Shown here piece by piece: positions 1 to 8,813 of a stretch of 64,000 nt of DNA. The first letter of the stretch is position 1, and each line of letters begins with the position of its first letter. The stretch covers positions 541-64,540 of the forward strand of contig PMUM01000330.1 in NCBI GenBank assembly GCA_003166855.1, read 5' to 3'. The stretch comes from Acidobacteriaceae bacterium (GTDB lineage Bacteria; Acidobacteriota; Terriglobia; Terriglobales; Acidobacteriaceae). A program made the position numbers and the translations under genes. The notes beneath the pieces are model-generated. The model searched no databases and was not told the DNA's origin. It was given only the letters and a program-made list of their open reading frames with translations.

Positions 1-40
1 CCGCTTCAGTCGGAATCTCCGGAACTATTTTGTCGGTCAT
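1..40 (-). CDS. 5' end of an unidentified CDS running off the left edge
   Basis: ATG at 40..38 (minus strand) lies 4 nt downstream of the ccsA stop and is open to position 1 (MTDKIVPEIPTEA...). Only 13 codons are visible, so it cannot be identified. Confidence 0.25.
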   Translation of the reverse strand, partial: MTDKIVPEIPTEA

Positions 41-44
41 GGTC

Positions 45-1442
45 TCAGGCATATGCATGTAATCCAGGCAATAAGTAGGTAACGCCGAAGAAGGTAAACA
101 TCACCACCGCGAATCCGAGGATGGCGAAGTAGGCCGCGCGGCGTCCGCGCCAGCCGCGGGTAATGCGCATGTGCAGGTAGCCCGCATACACCAGCCAAGT
201 AATCGCCGCCCACGTCTCTTTGGGATCCCAGTTCCAGTAGGACCCCCAGGCCCGGTTAGCCCAGTAGGCGCCGGCGGCGATCATCAGGGTGAGCAAGGGA
301 AAAGCGATGCAAATTGTCTTGTACGTGATGCGATCGAGCGCGTCGGCATCCGGCAGCAGTCGTTCGAGATCCTGGCGCCGCCAGAGAAGCAGCAGGTAAA
401 GCAGGTTGGCGAAGATACCGCCGACCAGCGCGGACAGAATGAAGGGGCTCGCGGACAGGCTGGTTGCGTATAACCCTTCCGCGTCGAGCGATGGATATTG
501 TCCGGCTCGTACGCGCAGCACGAAGAAGACTAACGCCAACGATTGCAGCAGAATACTGATGAAGACGGCGCGATCGGCAACCGCCAGCAAGCCTTCGTTC
601 TTCTTGAGGCGTGACAGAATGTAGAGCACCAGCGGAGCAGCCACAGCGGCGAAGACCAGCAGCATCAGCCAGCCGAGGTCGGGGATGGTGACGAACAACC
701 GCACGCCGCGTGAGACGAATACCTCCGCCTTATTCTCAGCGTCCCAGGCAATTACGTTGAAGCCGCCCCACTTCTCGAAGCGAGTCAGCACCGCGGCATA
801 AATTCCTACGGTGAAGATGCTGGTTGCCGCCAGGAATAATTCCGTCTTTACCTTGTCCTGGATCAGGAACATCATGGCCAGTGCAAAACTCAGGGCACAC
901 GCCGCATACGCCAGCATGGCGAGGGTTACGTGAACGTGCAGCCATGTAGATTGCAGCGCCGGCACCAACGGCCGCACTTCGCTGGGCAGAAGCTGCATCA
1001 GGATGACGCCGACAATCGCGACCGGCATGGTCACGGTGCCGATGACTTTTACACCGTACTTTTTCTCGGCTATGAGGGTGAGCGCGGCCAGGGTCCACAC
1101 GAAACTCAGCAGCATTTCATAGATGCTGGCGAACGGCGGATGTCCCGCTTCATACCAGCGATGCGCCACCGCCCCGGTATTGGCCAGCAGTCCCGCCCAC
1201 GTCATGAGAGAGGCGAACTTGATGTAAGCTTCCGTCCCGGTCACGCCGAAGCCGAGATACAGCGCTCCCGCGCCCCCGTAGAAGACCAGCGCGGCATAGA
1301 GCAGATTGGCCTCACTCAGAATGTTTCCGCTCTTCACCACATTCAGAAAAGCGATGAACAGCAGAAACGCAATTCCCAACCCCACCATGACGACCAGCGT
1401 TGTGCCGGTCGCGGGATGCTGTTCAACTTTTTCGCTTGCCAT
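45..1442 (-). CDS. ccsA: cytochrome c biogenesis protein CcsA/ResC (System II heme-handling membrane protein)
   Basis: 465-aa polytopic membrane ORF. Trp-rich WWD-type motif [14 protein letters not shown] with a following conserved His. GGAGGAAG Shine-Dalgarno upstream. Starts 21 nt downstream of the ResB-like gene. Confidence 0.9.
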   Translation of the reverse strand: MASEKVEQHPATGTTLVVMVGLGIAFLLFIAFLNVVKSGNILSEANLLYAALVFYGGAGALYLGFGVTGTEAYIKFASLMTWAGLLANTGAVAHRWYEAGHPPFASIYEMLLSFVWTLAALTLIAEKKYGVKVIGTVTMPVAIVGVILMQLLPSEVRPLVPALQSTWLHVHVTLAMLAYAACALSFALAMMFLIQDKVKTELFLAATSIFTVGIYAAVLTRFEKWGGFNVIAWDAENKAEVFVSRGVRLFVTIPDLGWLMLLVFAAVAAPLVLYILSRLKKNEGLLAVADRAVFISILLQSLALVFFVLRVRAGQYPSLDAEGLYATSLSASPFILSALVGGIFANLLYLLLLWRRQDLERLLPDADALDRITYKTICIAFPLLTLMIAAGAYWANRAWGSYWNWDPKETWAAITWLVYAGYLHMRITRGWRGRRAAYFAILGFAVVMFTFFGVTYLLPGLHAYA

Positions 1443-1463
1443 ACACTTCCTCCGTAGCCGGAC

Positions 1464-2924
1464 TCACCGACCGGCGATTGATGTGGCTTGCTGGGCAGAG
1501 GCCACGAGTTCGGGTTTCAGTTCCTTCTTAATTTGCTCCACCACGTTCTTGAATCTAAGTTCGAATGCGTCGCGATTGCGATTCGCCGTGCCACCGATCC
1601 AAAGTGCGGTCCGGCCGCGCGCATCCACCACGGGAACGACCCAGAAGCGCATGTGAACCACGTAGAACACAAAGGTCAGGCCGATCGCCATCAGCACGAC
1701 GCCTGCCCATACTGCCCACTGGCCGGGTTCGTGCGAGACCTGCAGCCCGGTGTAAATGCCAGTCTTCAGGTCTTTGGGATCGAAAGTGTAGGGGGAGGAC
1801 GCATTCTCATCGATTCCCGGCATCTCGGGCAGCCACACGTTGACGCTAGCGTTGGCTTTCTTCGACGTCACGATCATGTGGACCGCGGGATTCGTGATGT
1901 CCTTGCTGCGTGCATAGACGTGACCGTCTTGCACTACGAAGTCGGGGATGAACTCCACAAGTTGCACGCTGGTGTCGGCATCAAGCGCCACCGTCTGGTT
2001 CATGCCTAAAGAGATTTCCTGCGGCGTGCCTTTCGCGCCGTTCGCTGGAGTCGCGTTCAGAATCAACTGATCGAGCTTCCCGGTGCGGCCGTAGCTGGCC
2101 TGGTAGAAGCGCAGTCCCTGATAGACCAGCGGATCGTTGACCACGATTTCTTTTCTCGAAACCTCGCGGCCGCCTTCGACCACGGCCAGCTTCGACCACC
2201 ATCGTTTCGGCGAGCCGTCGGCATAAGTTTCCTCGCCCGTGCCGTCGCAGCGAATCGAGAACGGAATGGTCCGCATGGCGCCATTTTTCGTCTCGATCTG
2301 GTTGCTCGATGTTCCCGGACTCAGCATCAGAAATCCGCGCCACCCGTAGAGCGAGTCGACGATGAAGCCCAGGAAAATCAGCAGCAGGCTGGCATGCACG
2401 ATGTAGACAGCCATCTCGGAGATGCGACTGCGCTCTGAGAACAAAGAGAAGCTATCCGTTCGTACTATCCGCTCCGTCTTCAGTCCCAGGTGCTTGAAGG
2501 CGCGCTCGGCTGCGCTCAATCCCTGCTCTTCATCGGCAACTGCAATATGCGCCTGCGTCGGCAGAACTTTGCGGAAACTTTCGTCGGGGCTCTTATAAGG
2601 ACGCGCGAAGTACCGCCAGGCATTGGGGAAGCGCTGCACCGACGCGGCGATGATGCTCAGGCTGACCAGAATCAGCATGGCGACAAACCAGCGCGTGTGA
2701 AAGATATCGGTGAGGCCCGTGGCGTCGAGAAAGCGCAGCATGGCGGGCGAGTACGCGCGCTGCATGTCGTCGGCATCGGTCATCGGACGTTGCAGGATGA
2801 CCGTCCCCGCCGCAGAGAAGATGACAACCAGAATGATCAGAACGACGCCGGTCTTGATGGAACTGAGCGTCTGCCAGATTCTGCGGGGCATAACGCTAAC
2901 AGCGGAGCGAAGTGACAGGGCCAT
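1464..2924 (-). CDS. ccsB: cytochrome c biogenesis protein ResB/CcsB (Ccs1)
   Basis: 486-aa ORF with an N-terminal TM (GVVLIILVVIFSAAGTVIL), a large soluble domain and C-terminal TM segments (AVWAGVVLMAIGLTFVFYVV). Architecture and position directly upstream of ccsA are typical of System II. Confidence 0.85.
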   Translation of the reverse strand: MALSLRSAVSVMPRRIWQTLSSIKTGVVLIILVVIFSAAGTVILQRPMTDADDMQRAYSPAMLRFLDATGLTDIFHTRWFVAMLILVSLSIIAASVQRFPNAWRYFARPYKSPDESFRKVLPTQAHIAVADEEQGLSAAERAFKHLGLKTERIVRTDSFSLFSERSRISEMAVYIVHASLLLIFLGFIVDSLYGWRGFLMLSPGTSSNQIETKNGAMRTIPFSIRCDGTGEETYADGSPKRWWSKLAVVEGGREVSRKEIVVNDPLVYQGLRFYQASYGRTGKLDQLILNATPANGAKGTPQEISLGMNQTVALDADTSVQLVEFIPDFVVQDGHVYARSKDITNPAVHMIVTSKKANASVNVWLPEMPGIDENASSPYTFDPKDLKTGIYTGLQVSHEPGQWAVWAGVVLMAIGLTFVFYVVHMRFWVVPVVDARGRTALWIGGTANRNRDAFELRFKNVVEQIKKELKPELVASAQQATSIAGR

Positions 2925-3101
2925 GACTTTCTCTTCCTCGCATAGTGCAATGCACGTTCCGCGCCAACATTCGGGGGCTGTGCCAAGTCCTGTGCGATCA
3001 ATGAGTTAAGGCAAGAACGATGCTCCGTGCGAGCCCCTTGCATGAGGCATAACACTCATCTCTAGAAGGTCCAATTGCGAATTCACGCACTGCCGGAAGT
3101 C

Positions 3102-3117
3102 TGTGATTTCAATCACA
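3102..3117. promoter_or_regulatory. perfect CRP/FNR-family type palindrome TGTGATTTCAATCACA (TGTGA-N6-TCACA)
   Basis: Read directly in the divergent ccsB / 16-heme cytochrome intergenic region. The half-site GTGATTTCA recurs at 3173-3181. Confidence 0.4.
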
Positions 3118-3338
3118 AATGGCTTGGAATCTAGCTGAAATGGAAACTCTGCTGGACGATGGACGAACGTGCGTGATTTCACCGACGAGGTGTGGCAGAA
3201 AGCCCATTCACGGGAGCTCAGATCCGGTTCGCGACAATTCTGGTCAGTCGGAGGTGTAAGTTAGAAGATGATTTGTTGCAATAATTTACAGTCCAATCAA
3301 GAACCGGCAGTTGTTTCCACATCGGTAAGGCGAGGATC

Positions 3339-4838
3339 GTGCACATGCATCGGTTGGCAATGGTCCCATCGTCCCAAAGCCGTCTTCATATGCACAGGAA
3401 AACCAGCATCGGTCGACCCCTCCCCCGTCTTCTCCAGTTGCTGGCGATTCTCGTTCTGATCGGGGCGATGCCCGCATTCGCCAAGGAGCATCCGGTTCCG
3501 CTCGACAAGAATGTCGACTCGGCGAAGTGTCTCGAGTGCCATGAGGACAAGTCGAAAGGCAAGGCGGTTCATTCCGCGATCGCCACGGGATGCTTGAGCT
3601 GTCACGAAGTTCGAGTGAACAAGGACATCACTCGCATCAAGCTGATCACCTCGACGCCGCAAGCGCTCTGCCTCAGTTGTCACGCCGATAAGGACGCCGC
3701 CACCTTGAAAGGGACGGTGCATCCCCCGGCTGTGCGCGATTGCATCAAGTGCCACGACCCGCACACAAGCGACAACAAAAATCAGTTGCTGAAGCCGGAG
3801 TCCGGCGACAAGGACCAGAATCTTTGCCTGACTTGCCACAAACAAGGATTAAACGTCCCAGAAAAAGGCAGTCGACACGCCGCTCTCGACATGGGATGCG
3901 ACACCTGCCACACGACTCACAAGACCGGCGAACCCGGCAAGGCTGAGTTCGATTTTCACCTGACCAAGAGTGCTCCAGCGCTTTGCATTGATTGCCACGA
4001 CGTCACGGACGCCAGCCTGCAGAAGGCGCATCACGATCAGCCCTTCGCTACGGCGGACTGCACCAGTTGCCACGATCCGCACCAGTCGGCTGTTCCGAAG
4101 CTGATGCGGCAGTTCCTGCATCCGCCGTTTGCCGACATGTCCTGCGAAACGTGCCATGCGCCGGCCAAGGACGGCAAAGTCGTGCTCGCGCAAGCCGACG
4201 TGAAATCGATCTGCGTGACCTGCCACAGCGACAAAGTCGAGAAGATCGAAAAGGCGAAAGTGCCGCACCCAGGAGCGGCGGGCGATTGCACCGACTGCCA
4301 CAATCCGCATGCCAGCCGCCAACCGGGCCTGCCCAAAACTAATGCGGTCGACATATGCCTGACCTGCCATACCGAACAGGCCGATCAAGGCAAGAAACAC
4401 TTTCTGCATCAGCCTGCATTCAAGCAGGGATGCGCCACCTGCCACGAGCCGCACGGCGGTGAGAACGATCATCTGCTGCGCGCCAAGACGGCGAATGCCC
4501 TCTGCCTCGAGTGCCACGGTCCAGATTCGCAGCCCAAGAAACTCGAAGCCGAGCATATGCTGACGATTTTCAACGGAAGTGTGCGGCTGCCCGAAGACTA
4601 CTTCTCGAAGAATAAAGTGGTCGTGCTCCCGCTGAAGTTCGGGCGTGGACATCCGATCGAGGGCCACCCGGTGTCCGATGTGCTGGACCCGACTGATATC
4701 ACGAAAATACACGCAAAAATTGACTGCCTGTCGTGCCACCAGCCGCATTCGTCAGCGCAGCCCGATCTGCTGTCGAAGGACCAAGTGAACAACGCTCAAT
4801 TCTGCGCCAGTTGTCACAAGGATCTAACCAAACGGTAA
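3339..4838 (+). CDS. multiheme c-type cytochrome, 16 CXXCH motifs, secreted
   Basis: I count 16 CXXCH motifs in 499 aa, many as CxxCH(D/N/E)PH. Signal-peptide-like LLQLLAILVLIGAMPAFA. Several in-frame Met at the N-terminus, so the exact start is uncertain. Confidence 0.9.
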   Translation: MHMHRLAMVPSSQSRLHMHRKTSIGRPLPRLLQLLAILVLIGAMPAFAKEHPVPLDKNVDSAKCLECHEDKSKGKAVHSAIATGCLSCHEVRVNKDITRIKLITSTPQALCLSCHADKDAATLKGTVHPPAVRDCIKCHDPHTSDNKNQLLKPESGDKDQNLCLTCHKQGLNVPEKGSRHAALDMGCDTCHTTHKTGEPGKAEFDFHLTKSAPALCIDCHDVTDASLQKAHHDQPFATADCTSCHDPHQSAVPKLMRQFLHPPFADMSCETCHAPAKDGKVVLAQADVKSICVTCHSDKVEKIEKAKVPHPGAAGDCTDCHNPHASRQPGLPKTNAVDICLTCHTEQADQGKKHFLHQPAFKQGCATCHEPHGGENDHLLRAKTANALCLECHGPDSQPKKLEAEHMLTIFNGSVRLPEDYFSKNKVVVLPLKFGRGHPIEGHPVSDVLDPTDITKIHAKIDCLSCHQPHSSAQPDLLSKDQVNNAQFCASCHKDLTKR

Positions 4839-4852
4839 TTTACATAAGGAGA

Positions 4853-6109
4853 ATGATGACCATGACCGAATTCAGCGCAAAGTTAAGCGATAGCCGCAAG
4901 GGGCGACTCGTCCTCTGTCTGATGCTCGGCCTGGCACTGCTTGCGCCCAGTTCTGCATTTGCGGATAAAAAAAAGAAGGCTGGCGATGCAAAGAAGATTC
5001 CGGTCATCGACTATTCGAACATTGTCTGGCCCAATCCGCCTGCCATCGCTCGCATCCGCTACACAGGTTTCTATGCTGCCGAAAAGATTTCGCAGGTCGA
5101 GGCGGGAAACGACAGCAAGAAAGCGAAGTGGATGGACCGCCTGGCGGGCACGCAGCCGCAGAGCGAAGCCAAAGTGCTGTACCAGCTCGCCGAACCGTAC
5201 GGCCTCGCCATCGATTCCAAGAACAATTTGTATATTGCAGATCAGAAGGTGGGCGCCATCTTCATCTTCAATACCGAGACGCGCGAGCTGGACATGATCA
5301 AGAACAAAGCTCACGCGCACTTCAACCGCATCATCGGGTTGGCCATGGACGATGGCGATCGTCTGTTTGTTTCCGATCCTGGCCTGCGCCACGTTCTCGT
5401 TTTCAATGCTGCCCACGTGGCCGAAGATGTGATTACCGAAGGAATCGTCAATCCTGGCGCGCTGGCGATCGATCGCGAGAACCGGCTGCTGTATGTCTCT
5501 GACATCGAACTCGATCAGGTGTTGGTGTACGACGCGGATTCGCTCAAACCGCTGCGCAAGATCGGCACCACCGGACATCACCACGAGCTCACCACCCCTG
5601 GGGATTTCGCAAGGCCCACCGGGCTGGCAGTGGATGCGGATGGCAACCTTTATGTCTGCGATACGCTGAACAACCGGGTCGAGATTTTTGACGCCGACGG
5701 AAAATTCGTCAGCACCTTCGGCAAGCCCGGCGACGGCCCGGGATACTTCTCGCGGCCCAAAGGCATTGCGATCGATGGCGACAACCATATCTGGGTCGCC
5801 GATGGCGTGCAGGACCGGGTGCAGGTGTACAACCAGGAAGGGCAGTTACTGATCTCGTTTGGCGGCCATGGCCTGCTGCCGGGGCAGTTCCAGGGCATCG
5901 TCAACATCGCGGCCGACAAGAACAATCGCATCTTCACCTCCGAGATCTATCCCGGAAGGGTGCAGCAATTCCGCTACGTCACCGATGCGGAGGCCGAGCA
6001 GGCCCGCAAGGACAAGGAAGAGCAGCGCGCGAAGAAAGCGGCGGGGAACAAAGAGGTCGTCCCCGTCACGCCTCCGGCGACCGAAGCCAAGAGCCCGCAG
6101 AGCAAGTAG
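4853..6109 (+). CDS. NHL-repeat six-bladed beta-propeller protein, secreted, with K/E-rich C-terminal tail
   Basis: Six blades of the type LY(I/V)xDxxxxR(V/I)xxF (LYIADQKVGAIFIFN ... IWVADGVQDRVQVYNQEGQ). Start moved to ATG 4853 (AAGGAG 1 nt upstream, signal peptide LVLCLMLGLALLAPSSAFA), because the track start 4733 overlaps the upstream cytochrome gene. Confidence 0.8.
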   Translation: MMTMTEFSAKLSDSRKGRLVLCLMLGLALLAPSSAFADKKKKAGDAKKIPVIDYSNIVWPNPPAIARIRYTGFYAAEKISQVEAGNDSKKAKWMDRLAGTQPQSEAKVLYQLAEPYGLAIDSKNNLYIADQKVGAIFIFNTETRELDMIKNKAHAHFNRIIGLAMDDGDRLFVSDPGLRHVLVFNAAHVAEDVITEGIVNPGALAIDRENRLLYVSDIELDQVLVYDADSLKPLRKIGTTGHHHELTTPGDFARPTGLAVDADGNLYVCDTLNNRVEIFDADGKFVSTFGKPGDGPGYFSRPKGIAIDGDNHIWVADGVQDRVQVYNQEGQLLISFGGHGLLPGQFQGIVNIAADKNNRIFTSEIYPGRVQQFRYVTDAEAEQARKDKEEQRAKKAAGNKEVVPVTPPATEAKSPQSK

Positions 6110-6110
6110 G

Positions 6111-6190
6111 CCCCCCTGTCATCCCCAGCATATCGAAGGACCTCAATTGGCGGCATAAAACACATTAGTCCTTCGCTCTGCTCAGGGGGG
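6111..6190. repeat. REP-like inverted repeat (family 1, GTCATCC..AGC..CGAAGGAC type) just after the NHL gene stop
   Basis: CCCCCTGTCATCCCCAGCATATCGAAGGAC ... GTCCTTCGCTCTGCTCAGGGGGG. The arms are complementary. Related to the copies at 8596-8665, 26617-26818 and 29112-29171. Confidence 0.6.
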
Positions 6191-6552
6191 CAACGTTGTG
6201 AATCCACGCGACTGTGCCAGCTGCTGCGATTTGCAACACACCTGCTGTGAACATCTGCAACTGAGGAATTTCACCAACCAACGTCGGCAGGTGGTTGTTT
6301 TCCCCCACTGAATGCGATTTTCCCGAATCGGAACGTAGGAGGAGAAGTGGATGTACGGGCTTTATATTCAATGACTTAGACGGAAAAATCTCCGAAATCG
6401 GAAACCCGCCTGTTTCGGGCGGCCAGTTGCACTTACATGGTCCGAGGGGCGGTTGCGACGAGTGCCCAGGCACAAAACGCAGCCCACGGCCTAAGCCTCT
6501 GGGAGTTCAGTAACAACTGGAAACACATCATTCATGGAGGTCGTGAAATTTT

Positions 6553-7467
6553 ATGAAGAAAGCGATGTTAGTTGTAATGTTCGTTCTAGCAGTCGGGGGC
6601 TTGGTGATGGCGCAGACTTGGTCATCGCCGGTTGACGTCCTCGGCGCACACAACAATAACGGACGCGGCTGCGCGGGCTGTCACTCGCCGCACAGCGGCT
6701 CTTTCGGTTCCGGCCACGCCGGCGCCGCCGATACTGGCAGCTATGCATTGTGGGGGCAGGATGCCAGCCCACTGTACGGTAAGACGATCGCATTTGGCGA
6801 CACCGGAAAGTACACCGAACTTCTGCCCTCCAGCATCTCCACGGGCAGCACCGAAGTCGGCGGCATTCTCCTTTGCCTGAGCTGCCATGACGGCAACGTC
6901 ACGGCCAGCAACATGATGGTCAACCAATCCTATGAACAGAGGATCGGCCTTCTGACCAATACCTCTTATGGGACGGGCAAGATTCCTACCCTGCTCGGTA
7001 ACGACGGCACGACGGCCGGCAACTACACCAACGACCACCCAGTGGGCCAGCTGGCTCTCATCAGCACTGGCAGCGGATTGGTCAACACCGCTGGCGTTCT
7101 GTCGGTAACCGCTGGCAGCCCCTATGCGCAGTTCGTAGCCAATTACGGGTGGCCGGCACTGGCCCCTGGCAAATGGTCGAGCCCCTACGGCGTCACCTCT
7201 ACAGGCGCGCCATATGTAGTTTGCACCACTTGCCACAACCAGCACGTGATGACGGTTTACACGTCCAGCGCTTCGAGCCCGATCGCGAACGACGGCGGCG
7301 GCAAGTACTATGCCACCTACTTCTTCGTGAACGGCCCCTACAATCCGAACATCAACAACGTGGCCAATGCGAACGCTCCTTCGACCACGCAGTTCTGCCG
7401 CCAGTGCCACTTTGGCGAGTCGAACGAAGCCAACAACACCAACAACATCACGACAGTATTCCAGTAG
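6553..7467 (+). CDS. tetraheme c-type cytochrome, secreted, low heme density (candidate filament/extracellular cytochrome)
   Basis: 4 CXXCH motifs (CAGCH, CLSCH, CTTCH, CRQCH) in 304 aa. 9 His in total, enough for bis-His ligation of 4 hemes. Signal peptide MKKAMLVVMFVLAVGGLVMAQ. G/S/T/N-rich. GGAGG about 13 nt upstream. Strong terminator directly downstream. Confidence 0.85.
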   Translation: MKKAMLVVMFVLAVGGLVMAQTWSSPVDVLGAHNNNGRGCAGCHSPHSGSFGSGHAGAADTGSYALWGQDASPLYGKTIAFGDTGKYTELLPSSISTGSTEVGGILLCLSCHDGNVTASNMMVNQSYEQRIGLLTNTSYGTGKIPTLLGNDGTTAGNYTNDHPVGQLALISTGSGLVNTAGVLSVTAGSPYAQFVANYGWPALAPGKWSSPYGVTSTGAPYVVCTTCHNQHVMTVYTSSASSPIANDGGGKYYATYFFVNGPYNPNINNVANANAPSTTQFCRQCHFGESNEANNTNNITTVFQ

Positions 7468-7487
7468 ACCTGGGATGATGTGCAAAA

Positions 7488-7517
7488 GGGGGAGAGGATT
7501 ACTCTCCCCTTTTTTTA
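7488..7517 (+). terminator. rho-independent terminator after the tetraheme gene
   Basis: GGGGAGAG-gatta-CTCTCCCC followed by a run of 7 T, about 20 nt after the stop codon. Confidence 0.8.
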
Positions 7518-7550
7518 CGAACACCGTATGAAGTTAGTAAGCGAGGAAAT

Positions 7551-8573
7551 ATGAAATACCAACTCCCCATCTGCGGTTTTCTGGCCCTGGCACTCTCGGC
7601 GGCATCGGCCCAAATGGCTTCACACTCGCCGACCGCGATCACGAACACGGCCTCTGCCCAGACCTCACCTCTGCAAGTGAGCGACAAGCCCGTGGCACGG
7701 GTGAACGGCGCAGTGCTGACCGATCGCGACCTGCTGCGCGAGATGTATATGATCTTTCCCTACGCGCAACAGCACAACGGATTCCCCAAGGCGCAGGAAG
7801 CAGAGATCCGCCAAGGTGCGCTGGAGATGATCATTTTCGAGGAACTTGTCTACCAGGAAGCGGTGCGGCGCAAGCTGACGATCTCGCCAGAGAAATTGAA
7901 TCGCGCCCAGGCTGATTTTCGTGGCCAGTTCAAGAGTCCCGACCAGTACCAGCAATACCTGCAAACTGAAATGCAGGGTTCCGAGCAAAAATTGCGCCAG
8001 CAGATGAGGCGCTCATTGCTCATCGAGCAAGTCCTGAAGACCGACGTGGAAGATAAGTCCGCCGTTTCATTGGCTGAAGTACAGGCGTACTACGCCAAGA
8101 ATCCGGCGAAGTATCAACAGGGAGAGACATTCACATTCCAGAGTATTTCAGTAGTGCCTCCGCTGAAAGACACTCCCGAGCAGGCGAAGCAAGCTCGCGG
8201 CAAGGCTGAGGACGCGCTGCGCCAGGCCAAGGCGACGAAGAGTTATCAGGATTTCGGATTGTTGGCGGAAAAGATCTCCGAGGACGATTTCCGGGTGAAC
8301 ATGGGCGACCACAAAGTTGTTCCGGCGGACAAGCTACCGCCCCAGGTTGTGAAAGCTTTGCAATCCATGCCAGCAGGACAGGTCAGCGGATTGATTCAGA
8401 TTGAGAGTGCCTTCACGATCATTCGCCTGAATGCCCATACTGCGCCGCGCAAGAAGCCGCTGTCCGAGGTCAAGACCGAACTGAAGACCAATTTGCAGAA
8501 GAGCAAATACGAGAAACTGCGTTCGAACCTTGCGAAGCAATTGCGTTCCAAAGCCAAGATTGAAATGGTGTAG
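7551..8573 (+). CDS. peptidyl-prolyl cis-trans isomerase, SurA/PpiD-like with parvulin (PpiC) domain, periplasmic
   Basis: Signal peptide (ICGFLALALSAASAQ), helical SurA_N-like N-terminal part, and a parvulin-like segment MPAGQVSGLIQIESAFTIIRLN. GAGGAA Shine-Dalgarno. Confidence 0.8.
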   Translation: MKYQLPICGFLALALSAASAQMASHSPTAITNTASAQTSPLQVSDKPVARVNGAVLTDRDLLREMYMIFPYAQQHNGFPKAQEAEIRQGALEMIIFEELVYQEAVRRKLTISPEKLNRAQADFRGQFKSPDQYQQYLQTEMQGSEQKLRQQMRRSLLIEQVLKTDVEDKSAVSLAEVQAYYAKNPAKYQQGETFTFQSISVVPPLKDTPEQAKQARGKAEDALRQAKATKSYQDFGLLAEKISEDDFRVNMGDHKVVPADKLPPQVVKALQSMPAGQVSGLIQIESAFTIIRLNAHTAPRKKPLSEVKTELKTNLQKSKYEKLRSNLAKQLRSKAKIEMV

Positions 8574-8595
8574 TCCCTAAACTTTTTTGTCTTGT

Positions 8596-8665
8596 CATCC
8601 TGAACGAAGTGAAGGATCTATGTACTCTCGGGAAAGTACATAGATCCTTCACTTCGTTCAGGATG
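8596..8665. repeat. perfect 31-bp-stem hairpin (REP family 1); probable transcript-end structure after the PPIase gene
   Basis: CATCCTGAACGAAGTGAAGGATCTATGTACT, an 8-nt loop, then the exact reverse complement. It generates the mirrored pseudo-ORFs 8470..8652 and 8609..8791. Confidence 0.7.
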
Positions 8666-8813
8666 GCAGCGCTAATTTGCGGGTCGGTTTCACTGTTGTG
8701 TGTTCCAACTCGGAGGCCGGGTGATATGCCGCACCTGTCCCGAAAATCCCCCTCCGTGGCAGTTGTAAATCCCCTGTTTTCAATTGATTAGAAATCGGAA
8801 AGATCATTGCCTT

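Noticed and set aside
4733-4852. Upstream extensions of track ORFs: 4733 for the NHL gene, 22188 for the M48-like gene, 26577 for the mutase, 31508 for tolC1, 34094 for truA, 37254 for the cupin gene, 41980 for nadR, 44277 for the amidohydrolase, 53489 for the aldehyde dehydrogenase and 21807 for the TPR gene.
   Set aside because: The extensions overlap the preceding gene or lack any signal. Internal starts give canonical N-termini or signal peptides and are preceded by Shine-Dalgarno-like sequences.
6440-6520. Partial resemblance of GGCACAAAACGCAGCCCACGGCCTAAGCC to the ACGCAAAGCC...GGCCTAAACC core of GEMM-I cyclic-dinucleotide riboswitches, upstream of the tetraheme gene.
   Set aside because: I could not find the 5' half of the motif (GCACAGGGCAAACC with a GNRA hairpin) or draw the two-hairpin fold, so the match is too fragmentary to call. 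An Infernal scan would settle it.
8470-8791. Two small ORFs (8470..8652 minus, 8609..8791 plus) encoding nearly identical peptides MKDLCT(F/L)..VHRSFTSFRM.
   Set aside because: They are mirror images generated by the perfect 31-bp palindrome at 8596-8665 (REP family 1), not genes.
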